A stretch of 24,000 nt of DNA, taken from NCBI GenBank assembly GCA_963812245.1, contig CAWEUK010000002.1:637939-661938 (forward strand), given 5' to 3'. A model generated the notes under the pieces. The model was given only the letters and a program-made list of their open reading frames with translations, did not search any database and was not told the DNA's origin. Position 1 is the stretch's first letter; every line of letters starts with the position of its first letter. Position numbers and translations under genes: made by a program. The stretch comes from an uncultured bacterium (GTDB lineage: Bacteria; Actinomycetota; Nitriliruptoria; Nitriliruptorales; Nitriliruptoraceae). Of this stretch, positions 1 through 11,433 are shown piece by piece.

Positions 1-1106
1 TCACCCCGGGCATGGTGGAGCGACTCGTCTTCTCGGTCGCCCCCCTGATCGCGGTGGTCGTGTCCTTCCTGACCGTGGCCGTCATCCCCATCGGGGGTGA
101 GGTCACCATGTTCGGCGAGACCTTCACGCTGGTCACCGCCGACCTCGACGTCGGGGTCCTGTGGATCCTGGCGATGGGATCACTCCACGTCTACGCCGTG
201 TTCCTGGCCGGGCTGGGCCTCGCAGTCGCCCTACCCGTTGCTCGGTGGGGTGCGCGCCTCGGCCCAGATGGTGTCCTACGAGATCGCCCAGGGCCTGGCC
301 GTCGCCAGTGTCATCATCTACGTGGGCTCCTTCCGGGTCTCCGACATCGTGGCCGCCCAGGCCGCTGGCAACGGGCTGTTGCCGGGTGCACCCAACTGGC
401 TGTTCCTGCCCCTGTTCCCGGCCTTCGCAGTGTTCATGGTCGGCATGGTCGCCGAGACCCAGCGGCCGCCGTTCGACCTGGCCGAGGCCGAGGGCGAACT
501 GGTCGCCGGGTTCCACACCGAGTACTCGGGCATGCGATTCGGCATGTTCATGCTCAGTGAGTTCATGGGCGTCGTGATCCAGTCGGCCGTCGTGGTGACG
601 CTGTTCTTCGGTGGACCCAACGGGCCGCTGTTCGGCCCGGGCTGGCTGCAGGGCCTGTTGCCGGTCGTGTACTTCATGCTCAAGACGATCGTGTTCATCA
701 TCTTCTTCATCCTGTTGCGTGGTGCGGAACCGCGGATGCGCTACGACAAGCTGATGAACCTGGGCTGGAAGATCATGATCCCGACCGCGCTGGTCTGGGT
801 CGTCGCCCAGGCAGCCATCATGCTGGCGGACCAGGAGCTGACTGCCTGGCCGGACGGGCGCATGCCCGCCCTGGTCGGCCTCGTGATCATGGTGGCCGCC
901 CTGGTGATCACGCCGATCGTGCGGCGCGACCCGACTGCGCGTGACGAGATGGCGACATCCGTGGCGCGTGACGTCTCGCACCGCATCGACGACCTGCCGG
1001 CGTTGCACCAGCAGCCCGACCCGTCGGAGCCCCGAGCTCGTCGACGCCGCGCCTCGGCGACCACCGCCCCGAGCAGTCATCCGATCCCGACAAGGTGGTG
1101 GTCTGA
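1..1106 (+). pseudogene. nuoH: NADH-quinone oxidoreductase subunit H (ND1 family). The 5-prime end lies outside the window and the reading frame is interrupted twice in the sequence as given.
   Basis: Codons 3-212 read ...PLIAVVVSFLTVAVIPIGGEV...LHVYAVFLAG. The conserved continuation WASQSPYPLLGGVRASAQMVSYE...RPPFDLAEAEGELVAGFHTEYSGMRFGMFMLSEF...RYDKLMNLGWK is encoded from 214 in the next frame. High third-position GC moves to a third frame at the C-run 1030-1033. That frame ends at TGA 1104-1106, which overlaps the nuoI ATG (TGATG). Confidence 0.9.
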
Positions 1107-1784
1107 TGCCCGAGTTCCTCGGAGCAGTCGTCTTCTTCGTCATCCTGATCGGGGCCATCGCCGTGGCCCTGCACACGACCATCATCGGTCGTGGCTTCGC
1201 CATGCCGCTGCGCCAGATGCTCAGGAAGCCCTCGACCTCGTCGTATCCGGAGCAGCCGCGCCCGGTCACGCCGCGCTTCCATGGTCGTCACCAACTCAAC
1301 CGCTACGCCGATGGGCTCGAGAAGTGCATCGGGTGCGAGTTGTGCGCATGGGCCTGCCCGGCCGACGCGATCTATGTCCAGGGGGCCAACAACACCCCCG
1401 AGGCCAGGTACTCGCCCGGCGAGCGCTACGCCACCGACTACCAGATCAACTACAGCCGGTGCATCCTGTGCGGGCTGTGCATCGAGGCGTGTCCGACCCG
1501 GGCGCTGACCATGACGCACGACTACGAGTTCTCCGCCGACGACCGCGCGACCTGTTGTGGACCAAGGACCAGTTGCTGGCCCCGGCACCCGGCGGCCAGG
1601 ACACCCCGCACCTGGATCGCCAGGTCCGGGAACGTGGCATCAACTACTACGGCGGTGAGGCCGTGACCCCACCGGCGACCGTGGGTGGTGCCTACCTGTC
1701 GGCGACCAACCGTCCTCGCTACAAGGCCAAGGACCTGCTGCCGATGGCGCCGTCCGAGTCCGGTGCGGACGGGGAGGACGAATC

Positions 1785-1788
<4 letters not shown>
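1106..1788 (+). pseudogene. nuoI: NADH-quinone oxidoreductase subunit I (2x[4Fe-4S] ferredoxin-type), with one frame break near 1549.
   Basis: ATG at 1106. Two CxxCxxCxxxCP motifs are present ([24 protein letters not shown]), plus YPEQ...[17 protein letters not shown]. After ...[11 protein letters not shown] the conserved tail [12 protein letters not shown]... continues in the frame of track ORF 97..1788 to TGA 1786-1788. Confidence 0.9.
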
Positions 1789-2692
<904 letters not shown>

Positions 2693-2693
<1 letters not shown>

Positions 2694-2992
2694 TGCCCAT
2701 CGGTGCGTACTACCTCGTTGCCGCGATCATGTTCGCCACCGGGCTGGTCGGCGTCCTGGTCCGACGCAACCTGATCGTGTTGTTCATGTGCGTCGAACTG
2801 ATGCTCAACGCCGTCAACCTGACCCTCGTCGCCGCCGCGCGCATGTGGGGCGGGGCCGACGGGCAGGTCTTCGTGTTCTTCGTGATCGTCGTCGCTGCCG
2901 CCGAAGTCGTGGTCGGTCTTGCCCTGATCGTCAACATCTTCTTCCGCCGCGGGTCCCTGGACGTGGACGCGCAGCACCTGCTGGAGCATTGA
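2693..2992 (+). CDS. nuoK: NADH-quinone oxidoreductase subunit K (ND4L family).
   Basis: ATG 2693 lies in a TGATG overlap with nuoJ. The product is 99 aa with three hydrophobic helices and the signature [17 protein letters not shown]...[13 protein letters not shown]. Confidence 0.92.
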
Positions 2993-3084
2993 GATGGGAG
3001 CCCTGACGATGCACCTGCTTGCGACCGAGGCCGCCGAGGGCGGCGAGGCCGTGATGAACGCCATCGTGAACGCCGCAAGGCGTC

Positions 3085-5006
<1,922 letters not shown>

Positions 5007-5010
<4 letters not shown>

Positions 5011-6521
5011 TGGAGTTCATCACCGACAACCTCGTCACCGTCACCCTGCTGCTCCCGATCCTGGGGGCGCTGGGCATCGGCCTGTTCACCGAGTCCGAGG
5101 ACGGTGCCCGCTGGACTGCCCTGGGGGCATCCCTGCTCACACTCGTGGCCGCGATCTGGTTGGTGGTCGACTTCGACCCCAGTGCCGGCGTGCAGGCAGT
5201 GGACTCCCTGGCGTGGATCCCCAGCATCGGCGCCTCCCTGACGGTGGGCGTGGACGGCATCTCGCTCATCCTGATCGTCATGACGGCCTTCCTGACCCCG
5301 CTCATCGTGGTGTCGTCGTGGGAGCACCCGGACCGGTTGCGGTCCTACCTGATGGCGTTCCTGGCCCTGGAAGCGGCGTCCATCGGGGTCTTCGCGGCCC
5401 AGGACCTGCTGCTGTTCTACGTCTTCTTCGAGTTCAGCCTCGTGCCGATGTTCCTGGTGATCGGCATGTGGGGGGGCGCCAACCGTCGCTACGCCGCCGT
5501 GAAGTTCTTCCTCTACACCCTGGTCGGTGGGCTGACGATGCTGGTGGGCATCATCTACCTCTACAACTTCATCGGGGGCTCGTCACTGGCGTTCGCCGAC
5601 ATCGGCGTCCTGCTGACCGAGACGCCCCTGTCGCTGCTCGAACAGCGCTGGCTGTTCCTGGCCTTCTTCATGGCCTTCGCGATCAAGGCCCCGATGTTCC
5701 CGGTCCACACCTGGCTGCCCGACGCCCACACCGAGGCACCCACGGCCGGATCGGTGTTCCTGGCCGCCGTGTTGCTGAAGATGGGTGGCTACGGGTTCAT
5801 CCGGTTCTGCCTGACATGGTTCCCGGATGCCACGACCGAGTTGGCGACCGGGTCCGGCATCGGCTTCTTCTCGGTGCCGTGGCTGATGGTCCTGTCGGTG
5901 ATCGGCATCCTGTACGGCGCGATCGTGGCGCTGGTGCAACCCGACATCAAGAAGCTGGTGGCCTACTCGTCGGTGTCGCACATGGGCTTCGTCGTGCTGG
6001 GCATCTTCGCGCTCAACGCGACGGCGACGTCCGCCGGGGTCGTGCAGATGGTCAACCACGGCCTGTCGACCGGTGCGCTGTTCCTGCTCGTGGGGTTCCT
6101 CTACGACCGCCGCCACACCCGGTTGATCTCGGACTTCGGTGGGCTGGCCAAGTCGACCCCGATCTACGCCGGCCTGTTCCTGCTGGTGGTCATGTCATCG
6201 ATCGCGCTGCCGGGGCTCAACGGCTTCGTCGGTGAGTTCCCGATCCTGGTCGGCACGTTCGAGGTGATGCCGTGGGCGGCCTCGCTGTCGGCCCTGGGTG
6301 CGCTGCTGGCCGCCATCTACCTGCTGTGGGCCTACCAGCGGATGTTCACTGGTCCGCTGGACGGCGCCGCCAACGAGACCACCGCCGACCTGACCCAGCG
6401 CGAGATCTGGGTGATGGTGCCGTTGGTGATCGCCATCGTGGCCATCGGGCTGTACCCGCAGCCGCTCTACGACCTCGTCGAACCGTCGGTCCAGCAGGTG
6501 CTGGCCAACGTCACGCAGTGA
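5007..6521 (+). CDS. nuoM: NADH-quinone oxidoreductase subunit M (ND4 family).
   Basis: ATG 5007 overlaps the nuoL stop (ATGA); ATG 5010 is an alternative. Signatures are FFEFSLVPMFLVIGMWGG, PVHTWLPDAHTEAPTAGSVFLAAVLLKMGGYG and AYSSVSHMGFVVLG. Confidence 0.92.
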
Positions 6522-6531
6522 GGACCGAGCC

Positions 6532-8173
6532 ATGACGGAAACCCTCCCCGACCTGACAGCCGACGTGTCGATCGCCTGGTCCAGTTTCGCGCCCGAGATC
6601 GCCATGACCGTGGCGGTCGTCGCGCTCCTGCTCCTGACGGTGGCAGGTCGCCGCCGGATGTGGGTCGCCACACCGCTGGGCCTGGTCATCGCCGGTGTCG
6701 GCGCCTGGCTGGTCGCAGCGGGCTTCGGCGTCGGCGGGCTCGTTGCCCTGGTCGGTGGGCTCGGCCTGATCGCGGCCACCTTCGGTCTGGCCGGTGCACC
6801 GCGCACCCTGCATGCCTGGGTGGCCGGCGGCGGCGTCACGGCGGCACTCGTGCTGACCGTGTGGATCGCCTTCGACGTGCTCGCGGTCGGTGACGGCCAG
6901 ATGGCCGCCACCACGACCATGGGTGGGTCGGTGGCCCTGGACGGGGTTGCCGTCTTCACCCGGGTCACCGTCTACCTCACCACGCTTGATGGTCATCCCG
7001 CTGGGGCACGCCTACCTCGACGACCACGGGATCCACCGACCCGAGTTCGAGCCATTGCTGTTGCTGTCGGCGACCGGCATGGCGTTGTTCGGCGCCGCCA
7101 ACGACCTGATCACCATGTTCGTCGCGCTCGAGATCCTGTCGATCGCGCTGTACGTGCTGGCCGGGATCGCCCGCCGCGATCGCCGTTCCCAGGAAGCCGC
7201 GACCAAGTACTTCGTGATGGGCGCGGTGGCGTCGGCGCTGCTGTTGTACGGCTTCGCGCTGACCTACGTCGTGACCGGCACATTGGACCTCGCCGAGATC
7301 GCCGTCCAGCTCACCCGGGTGGACATTCCCCTGCGCCTGACGGCCATCTCGATGGTCCTGGTCCTGGTCGGGATCGGGTTCAAGGTCGCGCTGGTGCCGC
7401 TGCACCTGTGGACGCCCGACGTCTACCAGGGCGCGCCGTCCAACGTCACCGCCTTCATGGGTGCGGCCACCAAGGCGGCCGCCTTCGCCGCGATGCTGCG
7501 ACTGCTGCTGGTCGCCTATGCCCCACTGGCCGACATGTGGGTGCCGGTGCTGTCGGTGATGGCCGCCCTGAGCATGGTCTACGGCGCCTACACGGCGCTG
7601 CGCCAGAACGACGTCAAGCGCATCCTCGCCTACTCGGCGATCGCGCATGCCGGCTACGCGACCATCGGTGTCGTCTCGTTGAGCGACGAGGGGCTGTCTG
7701 CAACCCTGTGGTACCTGCTCACCTACGCCATCACGACGATCGCCGGCTTCGGGGTCATCGTGGCCATCGAACGCACCCACCATCGTCTGGTGACCGTGCA
7801 CGACCTGCGCGGGCTCGGGACGACCTCGCCTGCCCTGGCCGGGATGTTCGCAGTGGCGCTGCTGTCCCTGGCCGGCATTCCGCCGACCATCGGCTTCGTG
7901 GGGAAGCTGACCGTGTTCACCGCCGGTGTCGAGTCGGGCCTGACCTGGCTGGTCGTGATCGGCGTGCTGTCCTCGGTCGTGGCCGCGGCCTACTACCTGC
8001 GCCTGATGGTGGTCATGTTCGTGGAGAAGCCGGGCGAGGATGCCGTGGAGCCGGCCTACAGCCCGGGCTGGAACATCGCCTCCGTGGCAGCCGTCGTCCT
8101 GGTGGTCTACCTGGGCCTGCAGCCCCAGTACCTTCTGGACTTCGCCGAACGTGCCGCCGGTCTCGTCAGGTGA
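6532..8173 (+). pseudogene. nuoN: NADH-quinone oxidoreductase subunit N (ND2 family), with one frame break near 6988.
   Basis: ATG 6532 has GAGGA 7 nt upstream. The N-terminal roughly 152 codons run in one frame to ...DGVAVFTRVTVYLTT. The conserved remainder LMVIPLGHAYLDDHGIHRPEFEPLLLLSATGMALFGAANDLITMFVALEILSIALYVLAG...LAYSAIAHAGY... is in the next frame (track ORF 6890..8173) and ends at TGA 8171-8173. Confidence 0.88.
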
Positions 8174-8247
8174 CGGTCGTGCCGCCGCCAGCCTCGATGC
8201 TCGCAACCCGCCCGCCCATTTGATCCATCGCGCCCCGAGGTGACGAC

Positions 8248-9300
8248 GTGACTGCTGTTCGCACTGCCACCGTTGCCATCCCGGCCGCCGTCGTGGAAGA
8301 GTTGGAGGGCACCGGGATCGTGCTGGGTCCGACCCTCGATCGCGTGGAGGCCCTGCTGGCCGACCAGGTGCAGTCGTCGCGGGCGTTCGTCAACCAGACC
8401 GCCGGCTACCTCATCTCGGCCGGGGGCAAGCGGTTCCGCCCGATGCTGGTGGCGCTGTCGTCCAACCTGGGGGACCCCGATGCCTCCGGCGTGGTGCCGG
8501 CTGCCGCGATCGTCGAACTGGTCCACCTGGCCACGCTGTATCACGACGACGTCATCGACGAGGCCCCTGCTCGCCGCGGTGTCGCCTCGGCCAACGCCCG
8601 GTGGGACAACACCGTGGCGATCCTGACGGGTGACTTCCTGTTCGCGCGGGCGTCGGAGTTGTCGGCGGAACTGGGCGTGGAGGTGACGCGCATCATGGCC
8701 CGCACCCTGGCGGCGTTGTGCGAGGGCCAGATCGCCGAGGTGCAGGGGTCGGCCGGCGCGCTGCCGCCGGACGTGCCACGGCTCGAACCGACGGTGGAGC
8801 ACTACCTGGACGTCATCGCCGGCAAGACCGCGTCGCTCGTGGCGACCTCGTGCCAGTACGGCACCCTGCTGTCCGGGTGCGCGCCCGAGGTCGTCGATGC
8901 CGCCACGACCTATGGGTTCAACGTCGGCATGGCGTTCCAGTTGTCCGACGACATCCTGGACGTCGCATCGGACCACGAGGACTCCGGCAAGACGCCGGGT
9001 ACGGACCTGCTGGAAGGTGTGCGCACGTTGCCGATCGCGTTCGCCCTGGAGGATGATCCGGACGGACGCTTCGCCGCCCTCGTGGCCGATGGGTCGGTCG
9101 CGGCGGGCGACCTGGACGAGGCGCTGGCCCTGCTCCGGGAATCCGACGCACTGGACCGCGCCCGCGAAGCCGCCAGTGCCTACGTCGACACGGCAATGGC
9201 CCAGCTCGAGGAACTCGGCGAGCACCTCGACGAGGACAAACTGCCCGCCGTGGGTGCCCTGGCCAGCCTGGCCACCTACTCCCTGGATCGCGTCGGCTAG
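8248..9300 (+). CDS. Trans-polyprenyl diphosphate synthase, probably for the menaquinone side chain (heptaprenyl/decaprenyl-type).
   Basis: GTG 8248 has GAGGTG 5 nt upstream. The product is 350 aa. Both aspartate-rich motifs are present (LYHDDVIDE and FQLSDDILD), along with GKRFRP and GKTPGTDLLEG. A position directly after nuoN is a common actinobacterial arrangement. Confidence 0.85.
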   Translation: MTAVRTATVAIPAAVVEELEGTGIVLGPTLDRVEALLADQVQSSRAFVNQTAGYLISAGGKRFRPMLVALSSNLGDPDASGVVPAAAIVELVHLATLYHDDVIDEAPARRGVASANARWDNTVAILTGDFLFARASELSAELGVEVTRIMARTLAALCEGQIAEVQGSAGALPPDVPRLEPTVEHYLDVIAGKTASLVATSCQYGTLLSGCAPEVVDAATTYGFNVGMAFQLSDDILDVASDHEDSGKTPGTDLLEGVRTLPIAFALEDDPDGRFAALVADGSVAAGDLDEALALLRESDALDRAREAASAYVDTAMAQLEELGEHLDEDKLPAVGALASLATYSLDRVG

Positions 9301-9303
9301 AGC

Positions 9304-9414
9304 TTGGCCTGCGGCCAAGTTGGAGTTGCTCGCTGCGCGCCTGTCCTGCGGACAGGTTGGAGTTGCTCGCTGCGCGCCTGTCCTGCGGACAGGTTGGAGT
9401 TGCTCGCTGCGCTC
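9304..9414. repeat. Three head-to-tail copies of a 37-bp unit, each with a 6-bp-stem / 3-nt-loop hairpin.
   Basis: The copies lie at 9304-9340, 9341-9377 and 9378-about 9412. The unit is CTGTCCTGCGGACAGGTTGGAGTTGCTCGCTGCGCGC. Copy 1 carries TTGGCCTGCGGCCAA in place of CTGTCCTGCGGACAG. The array sits in the convergent gap between the synthase stop (9300) and the phosphatase stop (9462). Confidence 0.9.
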
Positions 9415-9461
9415 GCAACGTCCACGCGCGTGGCTCGGATCCTGGAGGGTGCGGTCCGGCG

Positions 9462-10151
9462 TCAGCGGGTGATGCCGACGTCGCTCATGTGGTCGGTCTC
9501 CGAGAACGAGCGCAGTCCGAAGATGGAGGCGTTGGCGATCGGGCGATGCCGCAGGCGCGAGATCGAGGCGTGTGCCGAGGAGAATCGCTCCCACTCCCAT
9601 GGTTGGGGTGGCAGGCCCAACAGGTGGGTCAAGACCACCGAATTGGTGCCGGCATGGGTGATGAGTGCGATCCGTCGCTTGTCGGTCACGTCCATGTCGT
9701 AGAGGTCGTCCTCGCCCTCGATCGGGATGATGCCCAGTTCGGACAGCTCCTGGTCCAGGCCCGTCGTCACACGGGTGTGGAAGTCGCGGAACGACTCGCC
9801 TCCGTGGGGCGCGGACGCCTCCCACCACTGGTCACGGTCCTGGTGGCGGGACGTGCGCAACCACGCCTCGACCTGTTCGGCCGGCGCGTCGTCCCAGCCC
9901 GGTGGGAACTGGATCTCCAGGGCCCAGTCACAGGTGCGCACCGGGGCGTCGTGGTGGGCCACGATGGCCTCGGCGGTCTGCTGGGAACGGCGGGCAGGGG
10001 ACACCCAGATCTGGTCGAGTTCGAGCGCGGCAGCGGCTGCTCCCACGGCGTCGGCCTGTTTGCGGCCCAGCGCCGACAGGTCCGGGTCGTTGCGAGCGTG
10101 GCCGTCGACGACCCACTGCGGTTGGGCATGCCTGATCATCACGAGTTCCAT
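9462..10151 (-). CDS. Histidine phosphatase family protein (phosphoglycerate-mutase-like).
   Basis: The product is 229 aa. It carries the N-terminal catalytic motif MIRHAQP (RHG-type), SPARRSQQTA, and a C-terminal ITHAGTN histidine motif. Confidence 0.8.
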   Translation of the reverse strand: MELVMIRHAQPQWVVDGHARNDPDLSALGRKQADAVGAAAAALELDQIWVSPARRSQQTAEAIVAHHDAPVRTCDWALEIQFPPGWDDAPAEQVEAWLRTSRHQDRDQWWEASAPHGGESFRDFHTRVTTGLDQELSELGIIPIEGEDDLYDMDVTDKRRIALITHAGTNSVVLTHLLGLPPQPWEWERFSSAHASISRLRHRPIANASIFGLRSFSETDHMSDVGITR

Positions 10152-10208
10152 GGGCAGACCCTACAGCGCAGGCGTGACAGCCGGACCGCTGCGGCGGCAG
10201 CGGCGTGC

Positions 10209-10276
10209 GCGCCGGGTACTGCGGCGGTGTGGCGCCGGGTACTGGGGCGGTGTGGGGCGGGTACTGCGCCAGTGTG
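10209..10276. repeat. Three direct repeats of about 23 bp in a divergent promoter region.
   Basis: GCGCCGGGTACTGCGGCGGTGTG (10209-10231), GCGCCGGGTACTGGGGCGGTGTG (10232-10254) and GGGCGGGTACTGCGCCAGTGTG (10255-10276). They lie between the phosphatase start (10151, minus) and the membrane-protein start (10424, plus). Confidence 0.85.
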
Positions 10277-10423
10277 GCGACCGGCTCGGTGCAACCACGT
10301 GGCGGGACCGAGTCGGACATGGTTGGCTCCGTCTCCATCGCGACAACGGGCGCGCAGCGTCCAGCGGTCACGATGCCGACGTGGTGGTCGGCGGCTCGCA
10401 CCACCTGGCAATGGAGGTGAAAC

Positions 10424-10783
10424 GTGAAGACCATCCGGGCAGTGGCAACCGTGGGTGTGGTGATCATGGTCGTGGCGATCGCCTGGGCGCTCGCGACCGG
10501 CGACTTGCGTGCCGAGGGCGCGGTGATCATCGGGCTGCCCTGGGGCGTCGTGTCGCTCGTCGACGTCTACGTGGGCGTTGCGCTGATCGTGGCGTGGATC
10601 CGCTGGCGTGACGGCAACTCGACGGCGTTGGTGTGGCTGGTCGTGCTCGTCGTGCTCGGCCACCTCGGGTCGGCGGTGTACGTGGCGTGGCGGGCCTGGA
10701 CGAGCCCCGACGTGCCCACCCTGCTGCTGGGTCCTCGCCGAACCCTCGCGGCGACTGCGAATCCCCTGGCCGGGGGTCGCTGA
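10424..10783 (+). CDS. Small integral membrane protein of unknown function (119 aa).
   Basis: GTG 10424 is preceded by GGAGGTG. Several hydrophobic segments are present (VATVGVVIMVVAIAWALA, VYVGVALIVAWI, ALVWLVVLVVLGHLGSAVYVAW). About 90 % of codons end in G/C. Confidence 0.75.
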   Translation: MKTIRAVATVGVVIMVVAIAWALATGDLRAEGAVIIGLPWGVVSLVDVYVGVALIVAWIRWRDGNSTALVWLVVLVVLGHLGSAVYVAWRAWTSPDVPTLLLGPRRTLAATANPLAGGR

Positions 10784-10856
10784 CCCGAGGCGCATTCGGT
10801 GACACGCCGATCAGCGGGCAGGGCGTCCGTCGGATCCGGCCAGGTTGGCAGCCTGG

Positions 10857-11111
10857 TCAATCGGGGCGTTGGCCGGCTCCGGCACTGCGGTCGGCAGGAT
10901 CGGACATCAGGTCTGGACGCCGGTCGGCGGCGATTGCGTCGCCACGAGTGACCGGCGCGCCACAGCGTTCGCATGTCGGCGGCGCAGTGGGGACCGACGT
11001 GGACGTCGCTGGCCCCACCGTCGGTGCCTCGACCAGGGCACCGCAGTGATCGCACACCTGGTCGAGCCAGCACGCGGCATCTCCCATCGTGGGAACCTCT
11101 CGTTGCAGCAT
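10857..11111 (-). CDS. Possible small Zn-ribbon protein with two CxxC pairs; a weak call.
   Basis: The sequence MGDAACWLDQVCDHCGALVE...TCERCGAPV contains CxxC...CxxC. The internal ATG at 11087 has GAGAGG upstream. Third-position GC is only about 72 %, near the genomic background, so coding support is weak. Confidence 0.4.
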   Translation of the reverse strand: MLQREVPTMGDAACWLDQVCDHCGALVEAPTVGPATSTSVPTAPPTCERCGAPVTRGDAIAADRRPDLMSDPADRSAGAGQRPD

Positions 11112-11276
11112 GTGTTCGCCGAGTCGAGCGGCGCGACATCCTCCGCGGAGTCAAACGGGGCCGCCCGGCAGCTGACATGCGGGCATCGTAGGCCTCGCGC
11201 CGCCGTGTGATCGAACCAGTTCCGTGACCCGAACCGCTTGACGGCACCGGTTGCAGCCGCGACGCTGGATGACGAA

Positions 11277-11348
11277 CCCGGCTGGTCGTCGTGGCCCGGC
11301 TGGTCGTCTGCCCGGGGTCCAACAAAGGGCCCGGGGTCCAACAAAGGG
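11277..11348. repeat. Mosaic of two adjacent tandem duplications (18/16 bp and 19 bp x2).
   Basis: CCCGGCTGGTCGTCGTGG (11277-11294), CCCGGCTGGTCGTCTG (11295-11310), and CCCGGGGTCCAACAAAGGG twice (11311-11329, 11330-11348). A CCCG start of a further unit follows. The mosaic lies upstream of the GNAT gene. Confidence 0.85.
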
Positions 11349-11433
11349 CCCGTGTCGGCAGGCGTCCCGGAAGACGGCACACCGGGCGACGCGAAGCGGC
11401 ATGCCGACCAGAAGTGGGCACCGAGGAGGCGCG

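Noticed and set aside
9304-9414. The 37-bp repeats as a small CRISPR array.
   Set aside because: The units are directly adjacent with no spacers, there are only three copies, and no cas genes or leader are present. This is a tandem repeat, not a CRISPR array.
8107-9828. Long alternate-frame or antisense ORFs, for example 133-1269(-), 2710-3837(-), 6977-8206(-), 8107-9828(-), 12301-13437(+), 14267-15811(+), 20120-21631(+) and 10567-11553(-).
   Set aside because: All overlap well-supported genes on the other strand or frame. They are Arg/Gly/Pro/His-rich and motif-free, and reflect the low stop-codon frequency of a genome near 70 % GC.
10784-10860. The hairpin GCCAGG-N7-CCTGGT as a terminator between the membrane-protein and Zn-ribbon ORFs.
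   Set aside because: The stem is only 5 bp plus a wobble pair and there is no U-tract. This is too weak to report as a feature.
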